From a virus: a stretch of DNA of 64,000 bases. The notes under the pieces were generated by a model. It did no database searches and was not told the DNA's origin. It saw only the letters and a program-made list of their open reading frames with translations. The stretch spans positions 61,155-125,154 of the IMG/VR virus record IMGVR_UViG_3300027749_000051; one strand, given 5' to 3'. The translations under genes were made by a program, and so were the position numbers. Positions 55,808-64,000 of the stretch are shown here, piece by piece; position 1 is the first letter of the stretch, and each line of letters begins with the position of its first letter.

Positions 55808-56176
55808 TTATTCTGTTACGGTGTGAGTAATATTAAATGTCGAACAATTATTTGTGTTATCGGAATAATCATAGAATCTATCTACAATACTTTTGATATT
55901 TTTTACTCCGACAGGATTTAAAGAATGAACATTAATTTTTGGAAGAGCAATTTTGTCATCCATAGATTTTTCAATTAACCATTTCGCGGCGTCATATCCT
56001 GTCATCTCTTTTGTATTGTTATTCGGTAGACCCAAGTCATGATCTAATGAGATAATGTCAATATTATTTAAACCAATCCTATTAACTAAATCAATTAATT
56101 TATCATAATCTTTAACAACAACCCAATCTTTTTTTGTTGGGATTCTGATATCGTCTAAATAAATCTTAACAGCCAT
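55808..56176 (-). CDS. Cyclic-phosphate-processing receiver-like domain protein
   Basis: IYLDDIR, ISLDHDLG, TGYDAAKWL, VHSLNPVG. Confidence 0.8.
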   Translation of the reverse strand: MAVKIYLDDIRIPTKKDWVVVKDYDKLIDLVNRIGLNNIDIISLDHDLGLPNNNTKEMTGYDAAKWLIEKSMDDKIALPKINVHSLNPVGVKNIKSIVDRFYDYSDNTNNCSTFNITHTVTE

Positions 56177-56177
56177 T

Positions 56178-56393
56178 TTAATTATCTAATTTAGTTTTAA
56201 GTTCGGGTAATTTAGGTAAGGGCATCCAATAGTAGGGAACAGTCCAATCTTTTTCTCCTTTAAATTTTCCGTTAAGTCGAATATAACTAACAGAAACAGT
56301 ATAGGTCATGGTCTTTAAATTTTTTGTTCCATAGATAACCAACACATTTTCTTTAATCTGTGGTAATTTTTCTTTAACACTAATCCATTCCAT
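56178..56393 (-). CDS. DUF551-family phage protein
   Basis: MEWISVKEKLP...YWMPLPKLP. Confidence 0.85.
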   Translation of the reverse strand: MEWISVKEKLPQIKENVLVIYGTKNLKTMTYTVSVSYIRLNGKFKGEKDWTVPYYWMPLPKLPELKTKLDN

Positions 56394-56420
56394 TACAATT
56401 AAATATTTTTCTTAACCAAA

Positions 56421-56864
56421 TTATCTTGTAAAATTACTATAACTTGGTGTTGTAGGTTTATATTCTGTCCCCCATAAATCAGAGGTAATCATAAGATCCG
56501 CAGAATGTCTATTACAAGCCACAGGGATATTATGAATTCGGCATTGTCTTAATAACATTTGGATATCCGCCTCATGTGGATTTGCTGACAGGTCATCAAT
56601 TAAGAAAACACATAAGTCAATCTTTCCCTCAACAACCATTGCAGCAATCTGTGCGTCTCCTCCCAAGGGTCCCGAATTCATCTTAATTACATGTGGAGTA
56701 TGACCCTTGAGATATAATGCATTTTCTACCAATCCTCCGGTGGTACCAGTGCATGCCAATTTATTTTCAACCAAAGTTGCTGCGTTATGTTTAACCCATT
56801 CAATCATATCTCCCTTTCTTGAATCGTGTGCAATCAATGATATGGTCTTATTTTTTATGTTCAT
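56421..56864 (-). CDS. mgsA: Methylglyoxal synthase
   Basis: LIAHDSRK, TGTTG, SGPLGGDAQI, PHEADIQMLLR, NIPVACN. Confidence 0.95.
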   Translation of the reverse strand: MNIKNKTISLIAHDSRKGDMIEWVKHNAATLVENKLACTGTTGGLVENALYLKGHTPHVIKMNSGPLGGDAQIAAMVVEGKIDLCVFLIDDLSANPHEADIQMLLRQCRIHNIPVACNRHSADLMITSDLWGTEYKPTTPSYSNFTR

Positions 56865-57112
56865 AATAAATCTTTTATATAATTTTTATTTAACTTATTT
56901 AATTCTGTGTATGGTATTCTGGTAATTTTTATATTATTAGTGACGCAATAACGGTTTTTAAATATATCAATTTCTTGCACCCTTTTCAATTTTTTTTCTC
57001 CACCCCACCTTTTAACTGCAGTAAAATGTTGCTTTCCATCATACTCTATTACGCATTTTATATTATCAACCTCATCAAAAATAACAAAATCGAAAACTGG
57101 AGTGCCGCTCAT
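56861..57112 (-). CDS. Truncated PD-(D/E)xK (DUF559/Vsr-like) endonuclease fragment
   Basis: FDFVI...IEYDGKQHF...DIFKNRYC...ITRIPY; lacks N-terminal DNA-binding region. Confidence 0.65.
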   Translation of the reverse strand: MSGTPVFDFVIFDEVDNIKCVIEYDGKQHFTAVKRWGGEKKLKRVQEIDIFKNRYCVTNNIKITRIPYTELNKLNKNYIKDLL

Positions 57113-57136
57113 TTCATTTTTTAAAATTTGTTTCTA

Positions 57137-57144
57137 CAAAGATA
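57137..57144 (-). promoter_or_regulatory. TAnnTTTG -7 element for the minus-strand operon
   Basis: CAAAGATA on + strand (TATCTTTG on -). Confidence 0.6.
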
Positions 57145-57210
57145 AGGATAATATCTTATAAAAACAAATAATGACGACAAGAAAAGTTTTGCGTCTTCAT
57201 ATTTATAGAC

Positions 57211-57513
57211 ATGAAAATACTAATTAAAGAATCGTCAATTAATCAAATAATCGACCAAATCTTAGATGATGAATTTGGTAATTTAGAAATGGAACAGAGA
57301 GGGCCAAGAGTTTATTTCATTGGTAATGATGGAGATGAAAACTTTTTTATAAACTCCAATGGAGTTTTGGTTTTCCAAGATAAGTCCGTTTATAATAGAA
57401 TTAAAGATGTTTTTGGATTCAGACATGACGAAGTAAAGAGATCATTAGAAAATTACTTCAAAGAGAAATATGACATTGATATTCGTAATGTGACTTCCTT
57501 TTCTCCAGAATAA
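57211..57513 (+). CDS. Hypothetical protein with MKILIKES leader
   Basis: TATTTATA at 57200. Confidence 0.75.
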   Translation: MKILIKESSINQIIDQILDDEFGNLEMEQRGPRVYFIGNDGDENFFINSNGVLVFQDKSVYNRIKDVFGFRHDEVKRSLENYFKEKYDIDIRNVTSFSPE

Positions 57514-57560
57514 CTTATATTAGAGAGGAAATCATTTACTATAAACTTAAAAAAAAACAG

Positions 57561-58280
57561 ATGGCGGATAACGAATCAGTAAAACATAAAGAGTTGACAG
57601 AAAATATTAAGAACTCTAAACAATCACAAAATAAAGCACCAATCAAATTTCAACTACAATTAAACGAAGAACAAAAACAAGCAAAAGAAAAGATTATAAA
57701 TAATGCAATTACCATCCTAAGTGGTAAAGCGGGTTCAGGAAAAACATTGGTCGCCTGTCAGGCGGCATTAGATTTTTTATTCAAAAAACAAGTTAATAAT
57801 ATCATCATTACAAGACCAACGGTAAGCAAAGAAGAAATCGGATTCCTACCTGGTGACCTAAGAGAAAAGATGGAGCCGTGGATGCAACCAATCTATTCAA
57901 ATTTCTATCAGTTATATAATAAAGAAAAGATAGATGCAATTATCTCCAATGGATCTATTGAAATCGTCCCATTAGCATTTATGCGTGGTAGAACATTCTT
58001 AGATAGTTTTATTATTGTAGATGAGGCACAGAACTGCACACACGACCAAATGGAAATGATCACATCTCGATTAGGTATAAGAAGTAAAATGGTGGTATGT
58101 GGAGACACACATCAAGTCGATCTAAAATACAAAGGTGACAGTGGATTTAAGTTTTTACTTTCGGCGGCAAGACGAGTTAAGGATATGGAATCTATGACAT
58201 TACTACAGAATCATAGACACGCAGTGGTTGATGCATTATTAGACGAATACGAAAACTTTAAGGAACAAAACAAATCGTAA
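57561..58280 (+). CDS. phoH: PhoH-like ATPase
   Basis: GKAGSGKT, RPTV, IGFLPGDLREKMEPW, FMRGRTF, DEAQN, GDTHQVD. Confidence 0.95.
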   Translation: MADNESVKHKELTENIKNSKQSQNKAPIKFQLQLNEEQKQAKEKIINNAITILSGKAGSGKTLVACQAALDFLFKKQVNNIIITRPTVSKEEIGFLPGDLREKMEPWMQPIYSNFYQLYNKEKIDAIISNGSIEIVPLAFMRGRTFLDSFIIVDEAQNCTHDQMEMITSRLGIRSKMVVCGDTHQVDLKYKGDSGFKFLLSAARRVKDMESMTLLQNHRHAVVDALLDEYENFKEQNKS

Positions 58281-58381
58281 ATGAAGAAATAGGACTTATC
58301 GGGGATGTTGCTTTATTCCATACACATAATATGGATTACTGGATATATATAGTATATTAGATTAAATAAAGATCTTTCACT

Positions 58382-58690
58382 ATGATGACACCAGAAGATA
58401 AAGATTTTGATAAAATCGTTACAGAGTTATTTAACTCATTGGGTAACGAAATTATTGAGGAAAAAACAGGATCCGATAAGTTTAACTTCGTTGTTAAAAC
58501 AATAAACGGAGAAAATCAAGGATGGACATGGATTATTCAAGTCCATTCAGATAGACCTCTGCCAAAAAATTTAAAGTCCACAGACATTGCCTCAATACAA
58601 TCTAAAATTAAAGGTATTCTTAATAAAGCAGGCTACGAGTGGGGCACTGATACTATTGTTAAGTTTATGAATGTTCTGAAGAACAAATAG
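58382..58690 (+). CDS. Hypothetical protein
   Basis: 102-aa ORF. Confidence 0.6.
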   Translation: MMTPEDKDFDKIVTELFNSLGNEIIEEKTGSDKFNFVVKTINGENQGWTWIIQVHSDRPLPKNLKSTDIASIQSKIKGILNKAGYEWGTDTIVKFMNVLKNK

Positions 58691-58702
58691 ATATTTATTA
58701 TT

Positions 58703-58894
58703 ATGGAAGGATACGATAGAGATAGATTATACCCAAAGGAATTCGTGATTCGAGAATTGAGAATTGGTCCTAAACATTTAAGGAAATACATTGATAATTT
58801 ACCCGAGATACCTTGTAGAAATAGTGATGGAAAAGAAACTACTTGTACAAGGATTCCTGAAGTAATTTATGTATATTTAACAGGAAGATATTAA
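58703..58894 (+). CDS. Hypothetical protein
   Basis: 63-aa ORF after TATTTAT. Confidence 0.65.
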   Translation: MEGYDRDRLYPKEFVIRELRIGPKHLRKYIDNLPEIPCRNSDGKETTCTRIPEVIYVYLTGRY

Positions 58895-58896
58895 TT

Positions 58897-59580
58897 ATGA
58901 AAAAGAAATTTATAGTAAGACTAACAGAGCAAGATTTAGTTAGTTTAATTCGTAAACAACTAACTGGTGATGATAGTGATGTGGACGACACTAATGTAGA
59001 TGATGGTAGTGGAGAGACAGATGTCGATATTAAAAACGCAATATCTTCAGATGGGTCATCAAGTAAACTTGATTTGAAAACAGATGAAGGATATAAGGCA
59101 TATGAAACGATCGCCGATAAATTTATTAGTAGTAGGTCATCGAATCTATTAGGAATTACCGGATCTATGTTAGCAGATGCTGCAAAAAACACATTTAGTA
59201 AATATGGTAGTTATGTTCCTCCAGAGTTAGCCTTAGCTCAATTAGCAATGGAAGGCGGATTTTCAAGTAATGCCGACGCAAAACCAATACGAACCAAAAA
59301 TCCATTTAATGTTGGTAATGTTGATAAGGGTAGTACAATTGAACATAGTTCTGTTCAAGATGGTATACAATCCTATTATGATTTAATGGGTAAGAATTAT
59401 TTATCGGGAGGAAAAACCGCGTCTGATCTATTATCTAACTTTGTAAATAAGAGTGGTAATAGATACGCAACTAATCCTAACTATGAAAGTTCATTAAAAC
59501 AAATTGCAGGACAGGCGCAAAGAATGTCGGAACCTGTTTACGCCTCCTTAGGAATTAAATCAGATGAGAACATCGCTTAA
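58897..59580 (+). CDS. Glucosaminidase-like (GH73) peptidoglycan hydrolase with IVRLTE leader
   Basis: LALAQLAMEGG, KNPFNVG, YATNPNYE. Confidence 0.75.
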   Translation: MKKKFIVRLTEQDLVSLIRKQLTGDDSDVDDTNVDDGSGETDVDIKNAISSDGSSSKLDLKTDEGYKAYETIADKFISSRSSNLLGITGSMLADAAKNTFSKYGSYVPPELALAQLAMEGGFSSNADAKPIRTKNPFNVGNVDKGSTIEHSSVQDGIQSYYDLMGKNYLSGGKTASDLLSNFVNKSGNRYATNPNYESSLKQIAGQAQRMSEPVYASLGIKSDENIA

Positions 59581-59771
59581 TTTTTTTTGAAAAAATGAAA
59601 ATTACGTTTTATTCTATGGGATTTAGTATTAGTTCATTCTTTCTTAATATTTGTATAAAAAATAATAAGTGGAAAATGGCGGAGAAAATAGTTCAATTTA
59701 GGAAATTTCATTTGGCTAAGCCGATGAGAAAAACTCTTAAGTTAGTTGATTAACATTTATAAAAAAAATAT

Positions 59772-60041
59772 ATGGCAAAGATATTATTAAAAGAGTCTGA
59801 ATTGATAAAGTTGATTGAAACCGCAATGGATTTGGATATCTATAATCAGCCAATGACAACAGCAGCAGATAACGGAAATATGGATATTGAGGATGCTGTG
59901 GAAGATATTATATCCAAAATGGAAGAATTGTTATCCATGTTAAAGGGAGGTAAACAAATTCATAGCGAATTAAAGTCTCGAATATATAAACATTTAGACG
60001 GAATTAATAATGTATTTTCAAATATTAAATACGGAGATTGA
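59772..60041 (+). CDS. Hypothetical protein with KILLKESEL leader
   Basis: 89-aa ORF. Confidence 0.7.
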   Translation: MAKILLKESELIKLIETAMDLDIYNQPMTTAADNGNMDIEDAVEDIISKMEELLSMLKGGKQIHSELKSRIYKHLDGINNVFSNIKYGD

Positions 60042-60083
60042 TTTACTCTTAATAATTTTAACATAAATTAAAAGAAAAACACT

Positions 60084-60278
60084 ATGGCAACATTTAGCAA
60101 CGAGGAAAAAGCAAAATTATATAATGACCTGCTTTTTAAGTATCAAAAAATTTCTGAGCAAGTAAGACAGATTAAAGCGAAAAATTTTGAAGTTTCACTT
60201 GAGGACCAAAAACAAATCAATCTACTTGAGTCGCAAATGAAAAGAATATTTAGCGACACACAAAGACTTTATTCGTAA
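60084..60278 (+). CDS. Hypothetical protein
   Basis: 64-aa ORF. Confidence 0.7.
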   Translation: MATFSNEEKAKLYNDLLFKYQKISEQVRQIKAKNFEVSLEDQKQINLLESQMKRIFSDTQRLYS

Positions 60279-60301
60279 AGTTTAAAAGAGATTAAAAAAT
60301 T

Positions 60302-60333
60302 AAAAACCCCCCTTACAATGTGAGGGGGTTTTT
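60302..60333. terminator. Bidirectional intrinsic terminator
   Basis: AAAAACCCCCCTTAC-loop-TGAGGGGGTTTTT between convergent genes. Confidence 0.8.
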
Positions 60334-60336
60334 ATT

Positions 60337-61002
60337 TTACTTGAATTTAAATCCTGTTAGTTTTGTGACATCTGCCACAGAAACCTTGTGAGCCACCAAA
60401 CCAACTTGTTTTTCATCTTTGTTATCAAAGATGTAAGCCTGATACTCTTTTGTTTTCACGATGTAAATGACTTTCCAACACTTTGAAGGGATTGAAGTTG
60501 TTCCGAATTTTTCGTCAACGCCAACTGATCCAGCCCAAACATGAACTGAATCATTGTCTAATGCGAGTTGTCTTTCCAATGTTTCCAATGTTTTCCAATC
60601 CCCAGCGTTTAATGCATGGTATTGAGGCGTCATATTAGAGAAATAAAAACATTCTGTTAATACACCAGCTCCATTACATTCATTACTTGCGGCAGGACTC
60701 ATATGTCCTCTGTCAAACCCTTTAAGACCTTTGTCTTTATGGGTTTTATTTGCCAAGTCATAGTCTGCCTGAAGTTTTGTTTCAGACACTAATTGTGGGT
60801 CTGGTTGAAATTGGTCTTTCCTTGGTAATGGATTTGGACAACCATCTTTCGCCTTTGTTTCCCACCACTCCACCAAAACAGGGTAATGTTTTGATTTACT
60901 GAAAACAGTAACATAATTTGCATGTTTAATTCTAATTGTGTCTTGAGAATAAGACACTACACTTAAAAGTGTTAAGCCTAAAATGAGTAATAATTTTTTC
61001 AT
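60337..61002 (-). CDS. Secreted DNA/RNA non-specific endonuclease (NucA-like)
   Basis: Signal peptide MKKLLLILGL..., DRGHMSPA, FYFSNMTPQ, NAGDWKTLE. Confidence 0.92.
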   Translation of the reverse strand: MKKLLLILGLTLLSVVSYSQDTIRIKHANYVTVFSKSKHYPVLVEWWETKAKDGCPNPLPRKDQFQPDPQLVSETKLQADYDLANKTHKDKGLKGFDRGHMSPAASNECNGAGVLTECFYFSNMTPQYHALNAGDWKTLETLERQLALDNDSVHVWAGSVGVDEKFGTTSIPSKCWKVIYIVKTKEYQAYIFDNKDEKQVGLVAHKVSVADVTKLTGFKFK

Positions 61003-61038
61003 ATTGATAAATACCACTTATGTCTTTATTATTACCTT

Positions 61039-61764
61039 ATGAACATTTCTCATGAACATAAAATAATATGGTGGGCTCCTGAAAGATGTGCAACAAAGGC
61101 CACCGCACACATTCTTACTCATTTTGGATTTAAATTTTATTATAACGACGATGAGGAGGAAAAAAATCCTTTAGGTGACATTTATCAATCGCACAATATT
61201 GACATACCGGAGAAATACAAAGATTACCAAATTATTTGTAATATCAGGAACCCATATAGTAGAGTATTAGGTCTTTATACCGCATTTACCAATGTTGGGA
61301 GAAGTTTGGTATATTCCAAAGATAGACATACCTTCTTTATGGAACGATATGAACAATTTTTACGAGAGCTTTTTTTATTTAAGACAATAAAAAAAAGATT
61401 TGGATTTGATGAGAAGGAAGAAAAAGTGTTTCTAAAAGATTACATATCAAAATATAATTTTGAAGAAAGAATCCCCGACATTTTTATTAGAATGGAAAAT
61501 ATGGAAGAAGATCTGGGTAAATTACCATTTATTCGTGAAAGTGAATTATGGAAATCAGGATATATCCACGATTATATATTAAAAAACCCACATATTAACA
61601 ATAAACCATATAAGTTTAATACCATCTATACCACAGAATCTGCTAACCGAGTATTTAATTATTATAAGAAACACTTTTTTCTTTGTGGATACGACCCATT
61701 TTCTTTTACAAATAAGGATCTAACAAATGATGAAAAGATGAATTTTTTACATGTAGTATTATAA
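61039..61764 (+). CDS. Sulfotransferase family 2-like protein (paralog of 11122)
   Basis: WWAPERCAT, RNPYSRVL, PDIFIRMENMEEDL. Confidence 0.65.
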   Translation: MNISHEHKIIWWAPERCATKATAHILTHFGFKFYYNDDEEEKNPLGDIYQSHNIDIPEKYKDYQIICNIRNPYSRVLGLYTAFTNVGRSLVYSKDRHTFFMERYEQFLRELFLFKTIKKRFGFDEKEEKVFLKDYISKYNFEERIPDIFIRMENMEEDLGKLPFIRESELWKSGYIHDYILKNPHINNKPYKFNTIYTTESANRVFNYYKKHFFLCGYDPFSFTNKDLTNDEKMNFLHVVL

Positions 61765-61784
61765 TTATTAATATATTTATTAGT

Positions 61785-62285
61785 ATGAACAAAAGATTTG
61801 AACTTACAGAATCGGACAGAAATACAATTAAGAAATTGTATTTAACCGAGCAACCACAAAAGCCTCAAGACGATAGAAAATTTTGTCATGGAGGAAACAC
61901 CAAGACTTTAGATGAGATTATGGGCGACGATGAATCCGAAGATTATATCGATGGGGTTCAGATACGGAAAAATGGTGTTAAAGGTTTAGTTGACAAACTT
62001 GAACTTTTAAAAACAATAAGACTTCATCCCAAGATTTCTGACGGAGGAGAACATTTGGCACATAATATAATGAGTCATCTTAAAGAATTCAGACCTTACA
62101 ACTACTTTGATGAAACAAAGAGTGAATGTAATAATGCCATGGATAAAATTATCGAACTCTATAAAGAGAATGATCATGGTGAAGAGTTGGTTAAAGATAT
62201 TGAAAAAGTTTATGCTCTTCAGAATGTATCAAATAGAGCTAAGGAATTTTTAAAGCATGGATTGGGAATGATTAAAGGACATTAA
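61785..62285 (+). CDS. Hypothetical protein with FELTESDR leader
   Basis: 166-aa ORF after TATTTAT. Confidence 0.75.
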   Translation: MNKRFELTESDRNTIKKLYLTEQPQKPQDDRKFCHGGNTKTLDEIMGDDESEDYIDGVQIRKNGVKGLVDKLELLKTIRLHPKISDGGEHLAHNIMSHLKEFRPYNYFDETKSECNNAMDKIIELYKENDHGEELVKDIEKVYALQNVSNRAKEFLKHGLGMIKGH

Positions 62286-62457
62286 TCTTTAAAAAAATGA
62301 GATTTAAAAATCACTAGAACTAGTATAATAGTAATAGTGATTTTTTTTTATTAGTTATTTTATTTTTTTATTATTCTTCTTTAGAAGAATAATTATTGTC
62401 CTCTTCGGGAAAGTTCTCTTTCCAATAAAAAAATATATTTATCTTAAAACAAAATTA

Positions 62458-62793
62458 ATGGAAAGTTCAATTTGGACAGTTATTATTAGTGTTGCCACAG
62501 TTGCAACATCTGCAAGCGCGTGGAGATTCTACGAAAAAAGGGCGATACGAAAAGAAAAAGATGAAGATTTTATTCGTCTTGATTGTAAAGATAGAATTAG
62601 TAGATTAGAGGGACTCCTCAAAGATGCCGGAAAAGAAAAAGAAGAAATGAGAAAGACAATCCTGAAATTAACTGAACAAGTTGCATCATTGGCTATCAAA
62701 GTTGAATTCTTACACAAGGAAAACACTGAATTACATAAGGCGGTTACTAAAATGTCAGTAACAAAATCCACCACAAAAAAGTCGCCAAAATAA
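62458..62793 (+). CDS. Membrane-anchored coiled-coil protein (holin- or spanin-like topology)
   Basis: N-terminal hydrophobic helix, heptad C-terminus. Confidence 0.65.
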   Translation: MESSIWTVIISVATVATSASAWRFYEKRAIRKEKDEDFIRLDCKDRISRLEGLLKDAGKEKEEMRKTILKLTEQVASLAIKVEFLHKENTELHKAVTKMSVTKSTTKKSPK

Positions 62794-62817
62794 AAACCCT
62801 CATAAGAGGGTTTTTTT
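62792..62817. terminator. Bidirectional intrinsic terminator
   Basis: AAAAACCCTC-ATAA-GAGGGTTTTT. Confidence 0.85.
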
Positions 62818-63104
62818 CATACATCAAATCTGATATATGTTTGAATGGTATGACGGGGATAAAAATAAAATAAGATATCCTGAATTAATATCTCCGCAAG
62901 TTTAGTATCTAAAACTTCTTCAGTAATATTTCCACCCAAAATAATAACACCCTCAAGTAAAAGTGATTTTGATTTAATACCTTCACTAATAGAGTTAATC
63001 TTAATCTTAGTTCCCAATCCATAAACTTCTTGAATTGCGTCCTTATGAGATTCATTGATCTGAGTTTCAATAAGCCGAAAAATCCTTTGTTTTCTATCTA
63101 GCAT
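62817..63104 (-). CDS. Hypothetical protein
   Basis: 95-aa ORF. Confidence 0.65.
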   Translation of the reverse strand: MLDRKQRIFRLIETQINESHKDAIQEVYGLGTKIKINSISEGIKSKSLLLEGVIILGGNITEEVLDTKLAEILIQDILFYFYPRHTIQTYIRFDV

Positions 63105-63140
63105 ATTACAAATATATTAGATAAATAATAAAATTATAGA

Positions 63141-63272
63141 TTATCTCCCTTGTCCACGATAAGCTTTTGGTTTGGGACTATGTTTGTTCCAAGATTTTTT
63201 TGCAACACCTACTTTAGCTTTCCCAAAAATCTGTTTTTGAGCCCCACCCATGTCTTTCTGTTTTTTTGCCAT
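63141..63272 (-). CDS. 43-aa basic peptide
   Basis: MAKKQKDMGG...KAYRGQGR; TATTTATA upstream on minus strand. Confidence 0.65.
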   Translation of the reverse strand: MAKKQKDMGGAQKQIFGKAKVGVAKKSWNKHSPKPKAYRGQGR

Positions 63273-63346
63273 AATAAAGATTTTATCTTTATAAATATTT
63301 TTACTTTTATTTTCCAATATCATTAGGAAATACAAAAAAAGTGTCC

Positions 63347-63354
63347 TATCTTTG
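63347..63354 (+). promoter_or_regulatory. TAnnTTTG -7 element upstream of the tRNA
   Basis: TATCTTTG. Confidence 0.6.
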
Positions 63355-63387
63355 TAGAGGATTTAAGGGTAAGATATTAAATCTTTC

Positions 63388-63460
63388 GGTTGGGTAGCTC
63401 AGAGAGTAGAGCAATGTCTTAAAGAAACATGTGCCAGGGGTGCAATTCCTCTCCCAACCA
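63388..63460 (+). tRNA. Atypical tRNA-Phe-like gene with AAA anticodon
   Basis: GGTTGGG/CCCAACC+A; GCTC-AGAGAGTA-GAGC; ATGTC-TTAAAGA-AACAT (C.A mismatch); variable loop GTGCC; AGGGG-TGCAATT-CCTCT; 73 nt, no encoded CCA. Confidence 0.75.
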
Positions 63461-63737
63461 CGTATATGAGGTAAGGTTTTTTAATGGTGGTTGTTCGTGA
63501 TACCTACAAAATTTTTTGTCCTCTTTAAAAAAATAAAAAATCTAACATAAAATCACGGAGGATTAAAGAGAGTGGTGACTTATCTCAAACCCGCCTTAAG
63601 GGTTAAAATAACCTAACCGTTTTGACGTTATCGGTGAACTATAAAAAAAACGAAGTACGGGGACAAATACCTGTACTTATGGGAAATGGTAATGTATTCC
63701 AGTCAAACAAGTTTACTTTCGTAAATTGTTAAAGTAT

Positions 63738-63766
63738 GAGGGGGGAGAGAAATCTTTCCCCTCTTT
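63738..63766 (+). terminator. Hairpin, probable terminator
   Basis: GAGGGG...CCCCTC followed by TTT. Confidence 0.55.
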
Positions 63767-63793
63767 GTATTTATAGGTATAATACATTTAACT

Positions 63794-64000
63794 ATGAACG
63801 GATTTCTATTAGCAATCAAAAGTTTGTTTTCAGATGAGAAGGGAGTTGTCTCGATGAAAAGACTTTGCGGACTTATGTGTGTTGTCACACTTTGTGCCGT
63901 ATTATGTCACAATAGTTTTAGTGATGGACATGTTGAACCATCGGCAACATTGGTAGATGCGGTAGCTATGTTAGCATTCGGTTGTTTAGGACTCTCCTCA
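63794..64000 (+). CDS. Membrane protein, holin-like (partial; runs off window end)
   Basis: Manual: MNGFLLAIKSLFSDEKGVVSMKRLCGLMCVVTLCAVL...AVAMLAFGCLGLSS; two hydrophobic segments. Confidence 0.65.
   Translation, partial: MNGFLLAIKSLFSDEKGVVSMKRLCGLMCVVTLCAVLCHNSFSDGHVEPSATLVDAVAMLAFGCLGLSS

Noticed and set aside
799-63888. Short antisense or nested ORFs in the track (e.g. 799, 2066, 10151, 20995, 24837, 28949, 44228, 49646)
   Set aside because: Shadows of longer, motif-bearing genes with no independent coding signal.
1-64000. cas genes
   Set aside because: No ORF shows Cas1, Cas2, Cas9 or paired HEPN (RxxxxH) Cas13 features; the largest ORF is 580 aa.
1-64000. Self-targeting spacers within the window
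   Set aside because: No match noticed by eye; this was not an exhaustive search.
1-64000. Stop-codon reassignment
   Set aside because: Known enzymes are full length in the standard code and TAG/TGA end genes at sensible positions; the break at 51451 needs a frameshift, not readthrough.
1-64000. Bacterial chromosome origin for the window
   Set aside because: Metabolic genes are isolated among small phage-type ORFs and homing endonucleases, with no housekeeping operons. Prophage or plasmid status cannot be formally excluded from this window alone.

Overview
AT-rich, densely coding 64-kb segment that reads as part of a large (jumbo-type) tailed phage infecting a Bacteroidota host. Evidence: TAnnTTTG promoters with TTTG about 19-20 nt upstream, no Shine-Dalgarno motifs, Bacteroidota-style lipoproteins and porin, homing endonucleases, PhoH, DenV-like glycosylase, DUF3310, and many short paralogous ORFs. 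No capsid, terminase or polymerase gene lies in the window, so the phage assignment is inferred. The window carries many host-like metabolic genes (porin+pstS behind Pho-box-like repeats, metK+ahcY, ppa, mgsA, cysC, glf, kce, phhB, a 2[4Fe-4S] ferredoxin missed by the ORF track), one atypical tRNA (AAA anticodon), two tRNA-like RNAs with enlarged anticodon loops, and a low-coding region (35.2-40.7 kb) with its own repeats. Top finding: eight paralogous genes share an ~85-aa Trp/Phe-rich domain, and in six of them the reading frame runs straight into a CRISPR-like mini-array of 36-nt hairpin repeats and unrelated 30-nt spacers. The 66-nt period equals 22 codons and none of the 22 spacers contains an in-frame stop. 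The repeats resemble Bacteroidota type VI-B (Cas13b) repeats as recalled from memory, degenerate toward the distal end, and no cas gene is present in the window. All product calls come from motif recognition by eye; no database search was run.
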